DNA of 64,000 bases. Origin: Mobula hypostoma (taxonomy: Eukaryota). The first letter of the stretch is position 1. Each line of letters starts with the position of its first letter. The stretch lies in the NCBI RefSeq assembly GCF_963921235.1, contig NC_086108.1:19778001-19842000 (forward strand), in the 5' to 3' direction. Shown one piece after another: positions 1-63,371 of this stretch. Position numbers and translations under genes: made by a program. A model generated the notes under the pieces. That model was not told where the DNA came from and did no database searches. It was given only the letters and a program-made list of their open reading frames with translations.

Positions 1-944
1 ACCTGCAGATAGTTGTCTGTTTATCCTATGTGGATGTGGGATACAGGCAGAGTTTGGTTTGCCTATGGTGATTGGCTTGCTGGGTGAGACAAACTTGCCT
101 GAATGTGTTTTTTTTTTGAAAGTATGTTCCAGCTTGATTTATTGCATTGAGAGAAGGTGCATGGAGAATTCAATATTTTGAAACCAGGAACTAAATTACC
201 AATATGAATCATTGTGAGGACATAATTGGAATGTAATTCTTCTCTGTGCAGTCAGTACTTGAAGCCAAAGAATAGGTGCAAAAAGGTCATTTCCATTTGG
301 ATATGGTGAACCCAGCATTTCTGTTTGTTGCTTGCATGTGTTCGTTTGATTTTAATGTGGAATTATTTGTTTTTAATGCATTAAGATTAAACAATGCTTG
401 ATGCATGTGTTGTGTTTTGAATGTTAAATCTTCCTATGAAAGTAATTGGAAAGAGTTAACACAGTCAATGAAGGCGAACTTCAAGGCAGCAGATTTATCT
501 TTGAGCTCCCTTTAAACTGATGGATCTCTTCATAACAATAACCTTATTGAGTAATCCTTTTGAGTTATCTTATCAACTATTTTTGTAAAGTAAAATTTAC
601 AGCACCAGTTTCCACAAAGGCATGCCATAGTGCCCAGGTAATCTTCAGGATATTGGTAGCTGAGAAAATTGGTAGCCAACTGTTCTCGAAATAGTTCCAT
701 TGGAACCTTTTGTAGACCAGGTGTCAAATTCCTCATCTCAAAGGTGGTATATTGAGCGGTGCACTGACCCCAAGCACTCCGCTGGACTATCATCCTGGGC
801 TCATTGCATGGACTTCAGTGCAGATAACTTTTTTATTGAAATTACTTTTGGATTTACAGGGCTATGTTTCTTGGCATGACTTTCAAACAAGGAATGCTTC
901 CAGTTAATACTTGCCTTGCACCGTTACCATTTTTGTTTTTGCAG

Positions 945-50165
<49,221 letters not shown>

Positions 50166-52567
50166 GTGCATTTACCAAGCTGAGGAGAAGAAACAATCTG
50201 ACTGCTTGAAATAAAGGAAAATTAATTCCTTGAACTTCTACCTGGGAATTTTCCTTCACTGTTGTGGGGAGCAAAGGACAAGAATAGAGAAACTGTTCCT
50301 GTTGAGTCTAAGATCAACTCTTTTGGACTTGAGAAATATCATATCATATTGTTGTGCTTTTTGGGGGTTTTATTTATTTTAATCACTGTCACTGCCTGTT
50401 TCCATGTCTTTATAGCTCAACCTTTTTAGTAAAACTCCCTTTTAGTAACACGGTCCAGTGAAGATGAGCTTGGCACACATAATTGCCACCCTCAATGCTG
50501 CCCTTCTCCAATGTAGAGGGCACACTAAGCTAAACTTGGCACTTGTGTTGCATGGTCAGTTGTGACGCCAACACCACTTGGCAGATCTTGACACTGCAAC
50601 TTCGAAATCCAGTCGTTGAAGGAAATGCATCTTTGTTACAGCTTTTGTTTTGTTTTTGGGGCTGGGGTGGGAAGGGAGAGGGTAGATGCTGTAATGCTGT
50701 AATCCTGTAGATCAGACTCCCCTCCATTGCTAGTTGCTGCTTGTCGCAGCACTTGTATTCTGAATGTAGTGCCTTAGCGTTAATTTGTACCAATGCCTCC
50801 TTTAGCCTGCAACATCAGAGCAAAGAGTTGGACCATTGGGATATCATTATCTGCTTTTATATTAATTTTTAAGATCAGATAGGCTTACATTTTTTAACCA
50901 TTCCTTTGTCGTGCAAGTCTTCTGGAATATAACTTTTCCAGTAAATCCATTACTTGGATTCACCAATAGATTCTTGGCTTCATTGAAGAAGCAAACTTAA
51001 AACTTGATAACTTCAGTACTATCTGCTAGGTTTTGGTCACGGGAGCACTTCCTCATTAAAAATATATTATTTAAGAGAACTCCGATCATGAATTTGTCTT
51101 TAGCTGCAGCAATTTGTCAACAAGGATGTAATGACAGGGACTCATGGTGAAGTAAGCTTTTTAGAATATATTAGTGCAGTGGGTTGTTGGGGAAGATAGT
51201 TCCTGATCTGAGCACTATTGTTCTCTTGACAGTCATCTGCAAGGCTCAGTGTTTAGCAAAAGAACTAGCTTCAGATCTGCTAATCTTCTACAAGGAGTAA
51301 AATGTCTGGGTGATTAATTCCATGAATGTGATTATGATGCATTCTAGTTTCCTGTATCCTCGTTAAGATGTTGCAGCTTTAGAATGTACATAACAGGCTG
51401 GAAGCTCAAGTGAAGTGATGGATGGTGTATAACATTAAGATCTTTCTCTGCTACAATAAGAAATTGTAGTTCATAGTCTAAAAATTGATGACTGAAACCT
51501 TTGAGGGCAGTTGTCTCAATCTACCTACCCATGCTGCACAAGGAAGTTGTATGTGTAATTTCTGCGACTGGCTCCATGCAGGATACTTTCCTGGTCTGCT
51601 GACGTTATGTCACATTGACCTCTCGGCTGATGAGAAGGCACAACTGGCAGTCAGCTTGATGTTACACTTGTTCCAAAAGTGCACAATCCTGTCAGCCCTC
51701 ACATTGGTAAGAGGTATGAGCTTCCTGGGCTCCAGGAAGTCAGAGACCTCAACCCACGTTTCCCAGCACATTCAGCTGGCCTTGGATGACATCGACTCTG
51801 TTTGAGTCTCCTTTCTGAAGTTTGTTGAACAAATCTTGCCAGTTTTTGAGTCTGAATTAATTTCATTTATTGTTATGTTTTAACCACTTATAACTTTTTC
51901 CTCAAAGATTTATACTTTATACTAAGATGAAGAAACACAGTGTTAAATTGAAAGCTTCCACATAAAGAAGCAAAGTCTTGGGAGTTGCAACATTTCACTG
52001 TAATTATGAAACACAGAGAAAAATCTAAAAACTGTAATTTTACAGATACTTGGATTCTTTCTCTTTTTGCTGATTGATAGGTTTGAGGTAGAAATCACGT
52101 CTCTTGGGCTTGTTCTACTGCTGCATAAGATATTCAGAGCCTAGTCTTTATCATTGAATAAGTTTCATCTACTCCCTGGAGTTTCAGAGTTCTTTCATGA
52201 CTCATATTGTCATAATGTATATTATTAATTTTTGAGAGAAAAAGTTTGGGTTCTGTATTTTCTGTGAACTGTGTGCAGACAGAAACCATTAAAATTCAGA
52301 CACAAAAGAAAACATTGGAACGTACTTTGAGAGGAAGCAGAGGGTTTCTGTCAGGTATATCTCACCCGTTGGTCTAGGAATTGTTTGTGACAGATCATAA
52401 CTGGGTCAAGTGATGTATGCTGTTGGAAAGAGAAAGATCTTCAACCTCTGGGATTTGCCTTTCATACATAGCACCTGAAACAGGTTATAAAAAGACTTCC
52501 TGGTTACATTTTGAAAAATGTTTTAGCACTAATAAATATTTCTATTTTTAGCTTGTTGACCTGAATT

Positions 52568-53072
52568 GTAAGTTTGTGTGACTGCCAGCCTTTGCCCTTG
52601 CCCTCATCCACACTAAGCCCCCCCCTCCCCAACATGAATAGTTATACGGTAATACACAGTTGTTGATGCATTTACTATTTTGGTACCAACTTACCTGAAA
52701 GTTTGTGAATCAAATGGCTAGTGGTCACTCCTCCCCCAGCTGTTGCAAGGACAGTGTTGAAAACCCAACATATGATGCTAGTTGAAATTGGGTTGATCCT
52801 GGAATACAGAGGGTTAATGTTTGGGGTTTTAAATGTTTTGGATAAATAGCACTTTCCATAAGTGAATCAGAAGTCTGAAAACAGCATCTTTCACTTAGTT
52901 TTTGCAAATATAACTGAGCCCATTTTGCAAAATAAATCCAGTTTAATGAAATTTATATTCAAGCCGGAAATTGGAACAAGATGGGAGAATAGTTTAGCTC
53001 ATGGTGGAGTGGCGGAGCAGACTCGATGGGCCGAATGGCCTACTTCTGCTCCTTTGTCTTGTGATCTTGTGA
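52568..53072 (+). repeat. 3' UTR copy of the duplicated segment; last ~95 bp are a CR1 3' tail
   Basis: Ends ggcggagcagactcgatgggccgaatggcctacttctgctcctttgtcttgtgatcttgtga, like other CR1 tails in the window. Confidence 0.93.
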
Positions 53073-54309
53073 AGCAGTTGAATGGTTTGTTATGCCACAC
53101 TAAACCAACCTTGTACAATTTTTTTTTTGAAGTACAACTATGCCCAAGTAACTTATAATAAATCTTTAGGCTATTTAAGGATCATTCACAGTCTTCACCC
53201 TTTGATTAAATTCTATTACAGATGTTTTACCCCTCAATGGAATGTTGCACTTTAAGTCTGTGAGCTAACCACTGAGCTCCTCAGACTGAACAATCGTCAG
53301 AAGCTTCATGAGAGAACAGCCTAGAAAGATCCACCTGTTTTATGCTGTCCACTTCTTTGAAAGTGCCAATTGATTGGTGTAATTTTACAATTATCTTCCC
53401 AGCCGATATTTTTCCAGGATTAGAAAGAGAAACTCTAAATTAGTGTAAAGAGAGTACACACAGAACAGAAACATTTTAACAAATCATTTTCATTCTGCTC
53501 TGAGTTCATGTGTTTGTAGTCACAGTACATGATCAGTTTTTGTCCAGTGCATCTCCAACTTGCCGAACTGTCCTACCCAGCATATATGTTCCTTCCCCCT
53601 CAATAAGTGTGAAGTAACTCCTGGCCTTTCTCCAAAGCAAGCTAGAAATGTAGATGTCTGGGTGGTAGATGGATGTACTTCGTACCGACAATCACATGAC
53701 AACTACACTGAAACTACAGAACCAACGGCCTGTGAATCACAAGCCAGATCAATTAATGTAAATAAGCTAACCTTGTATGACTTTGTATCTTTTACTGTCA
53801 AATCGATATGTACTAAAAATTTTTGCTATCTCATATTAGATGAACTATTGAATACATCGAACTAGTGGATGGAATACTATTTTTTAACTTTTACACTTAA
53901 AAGCTTTTCATGAAAAAGTTGTTTGAAATGAATTTTTACAGAAGTATTTTTTAAGATTGTGATTTATACATGAAGTACAAAATGTAACATGATAAATGTT
54001 TAAAATGGATATCCATCTGTCTTTGTTTGGGAATTAATGTGTCCCATTTGTCTGCATACAGAAGTACACCTATAAACCATGGATTGGTATTAAACAACAA
54101 ACCTCATTCACTGTCCTTTGAATAATTTAATGATGAGGCGTAGTTCTGTTGATAAGGTAGCTTCCCAAGACATCTTGGAGCTTGCAGACTAAGATCTCAC
54201 TGTCAAAGGGAACAGGAATAAACCATCCAAAACTGTTCTGTCATAATTTGGATCATGATGGATTTGCATTTTGATCTAATGTTCCTGCTTTTGATTTGTA
54301 TTTCTTCAC

Positions 54310-54315
54310 AATAAA
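54310..54315 (+). terminator. Candidate distal polyadenylation signal AATAAA
   Basis: Preceded by U-rich tract containing TGTA; near the end of the TE-poor block. Confidence 0.45.
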
Positions 54316-55189
54316 AACATTCTGCTCACTTCTGGCTCCTCAACACGTGATCTTGCCCTCTATTTGCACTCTCCCACTTCCCACCTGCTTTCCAACCTTG
54401 ATCAAAAGGCTTCCTCTGAAAGTGTGTGCAAATAAAGGCACTGGGTATACCTGATGACCTCTTCAAAAGCTAGATTAATCATAAATGATTTCCCCCTAAT
54501 CTCTTGGGTCTGAACACCCTGTTGTTCCAGTGACAGTCATTTTCAATGTGAACCGTCAGCGGCCTATCACAGTAACCATTACTTACTTTGTAGATGCTGC
54601 CTGACGTTTTACCATTTATTGTTTTAATTTCAGGTTTCCAGTATCCCTGATCATATATTTTTATTTAACAAGGTTCTCATAGTTTCTCATGACAGATGTT
54701 GAGCAGAAAAGTAACGGAGAGCTGTGGCTGGTTTTCAATCTAACCATTCAATTCTCAAATCAAATCGGTCCTCCTTATTTGCACAATCCTCCCCATTCCT
54801 TTTGTCCATTTTGAACAAGTGAGTTTTAAAGTGTTTGCTTAGGGCCCCTCTCATTGCTTTCTCTTCTGTCTTCTATGTTTCTATCTGTCTTAGGCTGGAA
54901 GTGTGGTGTCCCTCACGTACACCAAATTTATCTGCTTTTGGCTGATCCAGTCAGATATTGTTTGACTGCAATTAGAATCAAACACAGCTTGTCATAGGTG
55001 AAAGTTGAGTTTATTGCCATACACGCAAGTGCATGTAAACATCGGTGCAGTAAGAAACTTGCAGCAGCATCACAAACACAGCATCAGATAAGCACCATTC
55101 ACCAGAAAAACAAATTAAACATTAAATATAAAATATAAACAGTTATTGGAAGAAAGAACATAATTATAACAAGAAAAAAACAAAGTCTA

Positions 55190-56093
55190 TTGTGTTCACC
55201 TTAGTGCTGAGCTCACTGCTCTGTTCTCGCTATCATGACTGTGTAGCTCCAATGCTATCTGCTGATGATACAGCCATCGTTGGCAGTATCTCAGATGGTG
55301 ACGAGGGCACACAGGAGCAAAATATACCAGCTAGTTGAGTGGTGTCGCAATAGCAACCTTGCATTCAATGTCAGTGAGACCAAAGAACTGGTTATGGCCT
55401 TCAGAAAGGGTAAAACAAGGGAACACACACCAGTCCTCATAGAGGGATCAGAAGTGGAAAGAGTGAGCAATTTCAAGTTCCTGGGTGTCAATCACTCTGA
55501 GAACCTAACCTGGACCTGACATACCAATGCAGCTGCAAAGAAGGCATGACCATGCCTATATTTCATTCGAAATTTGAGGAGATTTGGTATTTCATCATGC
55601 ATATTTCTACAGATGTACTATGGAGAACATTCCAACTGGCTACATCACCATCTGGTATCGGGCGTGCTACTGCACAGGCTCAAAGCTGCAGAGAGTTGTA
55701 AACTTAATCAGCTCTATCATGGGCACCAGACTCCATAGAATCCAGGATATCTTCAAGGAGCAGTGCCTCAAAAAGGTGGCATTCATCATTTAGGACCCAC
55801 ATCAACCAGAACATGCCCTCTTTTTATTGCTACCATCAGGAAGGGGATATAGAAGCCTGAAGGCACAGACGCAGCGATTCAGGAATAGCTTCTTCTCTTC
55901 TGCCATCCGATTTCTGAATGGACATTGAACCCATGAACTACTCACTACTTTGTTTTTATTTCTATTTTTGCACTAATTTTATATACTTATTGTAATTCAC
56001 TATTTTCTCTATTATTATGCATTGCATTGTGCTGCTGCTGCAAAGTTAACAGATTTTACAACCTACGCTGGTGATATTAAACCTGATTCTGAT
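55190..56093 (+). mobile_element. Rex1/Babar-type non-LTR retrotransposon 3' fragment
   Basis: ADDT motif; LVEWCRNSNLAFNVSETKELVMAFRK; VERVSNFKFLGV; FYRCTMENI; tail attaaacctgattctga. Confidence 0.8.
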
Positions 56094-56637
56094 AAACAGT
56101 AAAACTCCACTTTATATTTCAAAGCCCAATGGAATTGGAAAATTACACTATACCCCACATATTTCTGTAACTAAGTTTTGTACAAATATAAGATCCTAGC
56201 TTCTAATTTAACCACATCTCTTTCATACTTAATCTGAAACTGCTTTACAGTGCAATACAAACCTTACAGCTTATTGGTTTGTGGATAACAGCATGGCTAG
56301 AGGAGTGGTTTCATAGGGGTGAGAATATTTTTCTCGTGTTGCTTGGCTGGTTGTTACATGTGTGTTACCACAAGGATCAGGACAATTTTGGGTGATTTCC
56401 ACTGGTGCTTGGCCTTGAAGAATTAAGTTTCAGATATGAATGGAAGATCAAGGGCCAGAGCTGTTGCAGGCAACTCTACGCACTTGATGCAGTACTGCAT
56501 GGGGGTGACTGTGCATGACTGCTGATGTCAAGTGGAGTACAACATGAGGCTGACATAATTTGCACAAGACTGTACTGCAAATAGGAGGCTTATGCAAAGG
56601 TTTCGTCCCACCTGTGCTTCTGCCATCTTCCTCTAGA

Positions 56638-56709
56638 TTGGGGGTTCCCAACCTTTTTTATGCCATGGACCCCTACCATTGATAGAGGGGTCCAGGTTGG
56701 AAACTCCTG
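56638..56709. mobile_element. Tiny hAT-type MITE
   Basis: Inverted ends ggggttcccaacc / ggttggaaactcctg. Confidence 0.55.
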
Positions 56710-56859
56710 CTCTAAGCAGTGCCTCCTTGCATCGCATTTACTACCATCTCATGACTGACTTCCTCAAACACATGACTGAGCCAGCTTATTTCCATCTCCA
56801 GTACCTACCAAACAATTCCACAACACCCACTTGAAACCCCACCCACCTCTGACATCAAC

Positions 56860-56990
56860 ACTCACAACACGCTGGAGGAACTCAGCAGGTTGGGCAGCAT
56901 CCGTGGAAATGATGAGTCGATGCTTTTGGCCGAAACCCTTCGTCGGGAGTGTTGCTTTGATCCCAGCATCTACAGATTATTTTGTGTTTA
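56860..56990 (-). mobile_element. Hammerhead-family repeat, degenerate
   Basis: acgctggaggaactcagcagg...gtcgatgcttttggccgaaacccttcgtcggga. Confidence 0.65.
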
Positions 56991-58049
56991 CACCTCTGAC
57001 ATCACTTTTCCATCACAATGGCAATTTCACCTCCATCACAGTCACTAATCTGCCTCCAACTACATTTCTCCAAGGACTCAACAATAATTGGAAGCAGCAC
57101 GCAATGCATAGAAATTGTGCCTAGTACAATTTCAAAGGCTTTACAGGGATTTGGCTAAGGTTTGTCCCATGGGTTCTGTTGGACTTTTTTATGACGTATC
57201 TCTGGTTGACATGTAAGTCTGTATTATGTAATGGGTTTGCTAATAACACAAAGCTGGGTGGGAATATGAGCTTTGAGAAGGAACAAAGAGGTCATGGGAC
57301 GCAGACAAGGTAAATGAACAGACTGGGTAGCCGATGGAAAATGATGAAAGTGAGAATTAATCAGTTTGATTGGGGAGAGAAAAAACAAATGTAGGAGTGG
57401 AGGGAACTTGTGCTGAGAAGTTAGTTGGTGCTTGTACACAACTGCAAAGAAATATTGGGAAGTAGATGAAATATTGGGCTTTGTCTACAATCATTCGTTG
57501 TTTGAAAAGATCATCTCACAAACCACAAAAAAGAGCAGTAGGCTATTTGGTCCTTTGTATTTGTTCTATCATTCAATTTTTGGTTAATCCTCTCTCAATA
57601 TCAGATTCATGCTCTCTTCCAAGGCCCCTTGATGTACTTTGTGCCCAAAAATCTATCAACTGAAATTCATTTAACAAATTACCTTTCTCCTTTGTAGTAC
57701 AGAAATTTCTCCTCCACTCTGTTCAGAAATGCTTTATTCCATATCCGAAAATTATGATCTCTGGTTCCAAATATGAAATTTCCTCTTGTGTGAAAACTAA
57801 ACCAGTTGACCCAGTCCCTGCTTGTTTAGCAATGACACCAGCCAAGGAATCAGCCCAGTGAACTTCTGTTGCTCTCCTTCAGTGGTAACTCTCTCTGGTA
57901 GGATGGCAACATTGTGGTCTGGCTAAGAAGTTGTACAATTGTAATAAGACATGCCTGTTCCTCTACTGAAAACCTCTTACAATGGGAGGAATCTAATTGT
58001 TGCCTTCTCAGGCATTCCCTTGGGATTCTATTTACTTATTTAGAGATAC

Positions 58050-58285
58050 AAGTGGAACAGGCCCTTCCAGCTCAACTAGCCTGCAACCCACCACCTTCGC
58101 CCAAGTCCAATCAATTTAACGACTAACCAGTACGTGTTTGGACTGTGGGAGGAAACTGGAGCACCCGGAGGAAGCTGATGCATTCATGGGGAGGATGTAC
58201 AAAGTCCTTACAGACAGCACTGGATTGAACTCTGAACTCTGACTCCCAAACCTGTAGTAGTGCTGCATTAACCAATACACTACCA
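58050..58285 (-). mobile_element. V-SINE/HE1-like SINE
   Basis: ttggactgtgggaggaaactggagcacccggag core (reverse orientation). Confidence 0.65.
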
Positions 58286-61065
58286 TGGTGCCCTCCCCCA
58301 AATCAAGGCTGACTTGCTTTATGGGTCTGAGGTTCCTGGATCTGGACACTCCCCCTCATATAGGGCTGAAGGTGGCTGTCAAAAGAATAAAAGGTGATAC
58401 ACACCTTTCATCACTTCTACTGGACCTCTGTGTGCTCCCAGTAGGTGGCTTCTTCACAGCCATTCTCTGCTCGGGGAATGGTCATGTGCCAGAGCTTCCC
58501 AGGAGTTGATGCTGATGATGAACCTCCAGGTCGCCTTGAATACATCTCGGAACCTTTTTCCCTCGTTGCTTGGGAATCACGCCCCCCGCCCCCGCCCCCC
58601 CCGGCAGAGTTCAGGAGCCTGCGTGGTGAGTGACGTGGCCAACATGATGGAGAAAATTAGTGTAGACTATGGTCAATACCGGTGCTGTAGGATTGGGACT
58701 GTACACTGCCATTGGTTCACATATCTTTCCAGTGAAGTTGGCGGATTTATGTGATACTTGACATTGGTAGTATCTTGCCACTGTCTTAGGGTATATGGTA
58801 TGGGCCTTGGTCTGTCCGGGTTGACCGTGGATGTTGCATTCTTGCTGTCTAGATACACAAGCCAGGGCAGTACAATATGGAGAGCAAGCTGTTGCCCATG
58901 CAGCAAGCTCCCCATCTCCACGCATCTGATGAACCCAAAGGAATGGAAGAGACCAGCAGTGTCACAGGAGTTGCTGCGTTGAACTCAATGCAGGGCTGTC
59001 TTGGGGACTCCAGTTCTTTTCTTTGGGGTTTACTCCCGAAGCCTTCCTCTTGACGGCAAGGCAGCATAAGTTTGAGATCAGAGTTCTCCTTTTCCTAGAT
59101 GTACTGCCAACCATGGCTAACAAGCCCCAATTGCCCTAAGCCACTGGTTTTAAGGCACCAGTAACCTGCCTTTGCCCCTTCTCCTGTCAATAGAAACAGT
59201 TCCACTGGATTTGGTTGTCAGAGGCTATTTGAGGCACACACTATTGGGAGCATTTAATAGGTAGTGGGAATTGTCCCCATTACTACCCCCGGCAATCACA
59301 CCCTTAAGGAACCAAGATACCTGCAGTAGATTTTTAAAAAAGTAAATCCTTGGAAAGTGTGGATCAGTGAATATTTTTTCAAAGTCCAAACTAAATTTAT
59401 TATTGAAGTATATTTATGTTACCTTAATATTCATTTTCTTGCAGGTATTTACAGGAAAAGAGAAATACAATAACATTTCATGAAAAAACTCTACATAAAG
59501 ACTGACAAACAACCAATGTGCAACAGGGGACATGCTGCAAACAATGAGAACACAAAGAAACAAGGAGAAAATATTGGGAATGCTCAGGTCATCAAGTAGC
59601 AGTTATGGATAGATGACCAGTCAATCAATTAGGTCAGAAATCCTTCCTCAGGTCTTGGGTCATCTTGGGTTTCCAGCATCTGCAGAATTCCTGTTGTTCT
59701 TGGGTCACCATTTGCTTTCACATCTGCTACACTCGTACTACTTTTCACTAATCAGTGTACAAGGAGATACAAGTGCCATTTCCAATGTACCTATTGTTGA
59801 TAGTAAAGTTTGGATTGCAAGTAGATGCTCAAGTATAGCCTAGACAGGTCATTGCAGTGCATTCTGTCAATGACACACACTGCTACTGTGCTCAACTACT
59901 GGAGGAAATGAATGTGTTTGGAAAGCTGTTTTATCGTGGATTTGGTTGAAATGCACTCATGGAGGCCAGTGGAGAGTATTCCATCACACTCCATCTGTGT
60001 CCTGTGGATGGTGGATGCAGGAGTTGAGTGCAGGTTACCCAGCCTCTGAGCTGCTCTTGCAGCCACAGTTTTGTTCCTTTTCTATCGCCTCATCCTTTCA
60101 GCATTCAGTAACCTTCTGAGATATTTACATTCCTTCATTTCCGGCAGCTTAATGCTCCCTGACCTCCTTTGCTTTGCCATTGGTAACTATGCCCTCGGCT
60201 GCCCTGGCATCAAGTTCTAGAACTCCTTTTCCAACACCTTTTAGTTTGTAAGAATACAAGAACAAAACCAGCAAGTGTAGACCATTCAACCCTGTTCTAC
60301 CATTCAAAGATATCATTGACCAATCCTCTGCTCCAACACCAACTTCCTGACCAAAACCTTTTTCTCAAATCCTCTGACATTCAGAGATCTATTGCACAAT
60401 AGTGAATGCCATCAATGACTAAGCTGCCAGAGCTCTCTCTCCAGTGCAGGAAATTCCAAAGATACACCATCTTACAACTGAACTTCCTCCTCAGTTCAAT
60501 TCTAAATAGCCCACCCAATATTTTTATAGGATCCAAATTCCTCAGCCAGGCGGTGACATCCTGCCTGTTTGTATTCTGTGGAACTTTATAAGAATTTGTG
60601 CATATACAAATCCCTTTTTTTTGTGAAGAAAAGTCATTTCAGGATGTATATTGTATTCTCTGACATTAAATTGGACCTTTGAAGGCTCAAAGGTGCAGGA
60701 CAGTTGCAGCATAGTGTATACGGTCTGAAACAAGGTGGCAGGGCCTGAAGTCGGGCGCAACTGTGGGTAATGAGCCAATGTTTGGCCTTGCTGGAGCGGA
60801 TTTGAAGCTGATTCAAAGGGAAAAAACTGAGACCAGGCAGAGTCAAGGCAGTGGGGCCCGGGTCCAAGAACAAGGAACAGCCCATTGTTTGGTACCAGGC
60901 CAAATTGGAAAGGTTGGGTACGGCTGAATCCAGCCCTTGGGGTCCAGTGTATTGAAGCAGCAGAGCCTGGGTCAGGAACAACCTCAAGTCTGGCCAACTT
61001 AAGTGCCAGGGCAGACTGAAAAGATCAGTCTGTTGGGGCTGGAGGTGAGGGACAGGCTGATGGTT

Positions 61066-62767
61066 AAACATAGAAAACGTAGAAAATAGGTGCAGGAGTA
61101 GGCCATTCAGCCTTTCAAGTCTGCACCGCCATTCAGTATGATCATGACTGATCATCCAACTCAGAACCCTGTACCAGCCTTCCCTCCATAACCCCTGATC
61201 CCTTTAGCCACAAGGAACATATCTAACTCCCTCTTAAATATAGCCAATGAACTGGCCTCAACTGTTTCCTGTGGCAGAGAATTCCACAGATTCACCACTC
61301 TCTGTGTGAAGAAGTTTTTCCTAATCTCGGTCCTAAAAGGCTTCCCCTTTATCCTCAGACTGTGACCCCTCGTTCTGGACTTCCCCAACATCGGGAACAA
61401 TCTTCCAGAATCTAGCCTGTCCAATCCCTTTAGGATTTTATACGTTTCAATCAGATCCCCCCTCAATCTTCTAAATTCTAACAAGTATAAACCTAGTTCA
61501 TCCAGTCTTTCATCATATGAAAGTCCTACCATCCCAGGAATCAATCTGGTGAACCTTCTTTGTACTCCCTCTATGGCAAGGATGTCTTTCCTCAGATTAG
61601 GGGACCAAAACTGCACACAATACTCCAGATGTGGTCTCACCAAGGCCTTGTACAACTGCAGTAGTTCCTCCCTGCTCCTGTACTCGAATCCTCTTGCTAT
61701 AAATGCCAGCATACCATTTGCCTTTTTCACCGCCTGCTGTACCTGCATGCCCACTTTCAATGACTGGTGTATAATGACACCCAGGTCTCATTGCACCTCC
61801 CCTTTTCCTAATCGGCCACCATTCAGATAATAATCTGTTTTCCTGTTTTTGCCACCAAAGTGGATAACTTCACATTTATCCACATTAAATTGCATCTGCC
61901 ATGAATTTGCCCACTCACCCAACCTATCCAAGTCACCCTGCATCCTCTTAGCATCCTCCTCACAGCTAACACTGCCGCCCAGCTTCGTGTCATCCGCAAA
62001 CTTGGAGATGCTGCATTTAATTCCCTCATCCAAGTCATTAATATATATTGTAAACAACTGGAGTCCCAGCACTGAGCCTTGCGGTACCCCACTAGTCACT
62101 GCCTGCCATTCTGAAAAGGTCTCATTTATTCCCACTCTTCGCTTCCTGTCTGCCAACCAATTCTCTTTCCACATCAATACCATACCTCCAATACCGTGTG
62201 CTTTAAGTTTGCACACTAATCTCCTGTGTGGGACCTTGTCAAAAGCCTTTTGAAAATCCAAATATACCACATCCACTGGTTCTCCCCTATCCACTCTACT
62301 AGTTACATCCTCAAAAAATTCTATGAGATTCGTCAGACATGATTTTCCTTTCACAAATCCATGCTGACTTTGTCCGCTGATTTCACTGCTTTCCAAATGT
62401 GCTGTTATCACATCTTTGATAACTGACTCTAGCAGTTTCCCCACCACCGATGTTAGGCTAACCGGTCTATAATTCCCTGGTTTCTCTCTCCCTCCTTTTT
62501 TAAAAAGTGGGGTTACATTAGCCACCCTCCAATCCTCAGGAACTAGTCCAGAATCTAAAGAGTTTTGAAAAATTATCAGTAATGCATCCACTATTTCTTG
62601 GGCTACTTCCTTAAGCACTCTGGGATGCAGACCATCTGGCCCTGGGGATTTATCTGCCTTTAACCCCTTTAATTTACCTAACACCACTTTCCTACTAACA
62701 TGTATTTCCCTCAGTTCCTCCATCTCACTGGACCCTCTGTCCCCTACTATTTCCAGAAGATTATTTA
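61066..62767 (-). mobile_element. Young 5'-truncated CR1 LINE; RT domain to 3' tail with one in-frame stop
   Basis: ORFs 61788..62723 and 61161..61760 share a frame; KSPGPDG, YLDFQKAFDKV, SGVPQGSVLG, KFADDTK; tail (tttctatg)n. Confidence 0.95.
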
Positions 62768-63371
62768 GCTCGCTGTTCTGCGAAGTTTACTCATCTCTGC
62801 ACTGAACAAAATGGGCTCCTGCAGTGAAGAGTGGCTTCATGGCTGTAGACTCATTTTCGTGACCTTCAGTTCTGAATGTTATTTGCTGACTTTTATGGTT
62901 TACAGATTTGTTTTTTCCCTGCACACTGGATGTTTGATGGTCTTTTCAATGGGTTCTATCAGGTTTCTTTGTTTAGTGGCTGCCTGTAAGGAGATGAATC
63001 TCAAGGTTGTATACAGACATCCCACCTCTCCTGGAAGTTCCAGGAGTCTCCCGCACATTGATAGCGGCTCCCTGATGCCCGCAAATTATATACAATATCC
63101 TGGAAATCTATTTTTAAAATATATATTTATATACTACTAGCTCCATTGGGCTGTCTTGTGTGGGAAGAGAAATGACAGATGAAGTTAAATGGGAAGTGTT
63201 GCACCTCAGTAGGGCAAATGCAAGGGCAAGATCCAGGACAGTGTTACTGAGTGGAGAGATCTTGGGAGCTAAGTTCACAGCTCCTTGAAAGTGCTACACA
63301 GGTCAATAGGGTGGTTAAGAAGGTTTAATGAATGCTTGCCTTTATTAGCTGAGGCATTGAGCTCAGAAGTC

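Larger units (their letters stand above)
50166..54330 (+). other. notch2: Probable long Notch2 3' UTR
   Basis: AT-rich and nearly TE-free, unlike the introns; AATAAA at 50210, 52531, 53157, 54217, 54310, 54431. The true end cannot be fixed from sequence. Confidence 0.55.
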
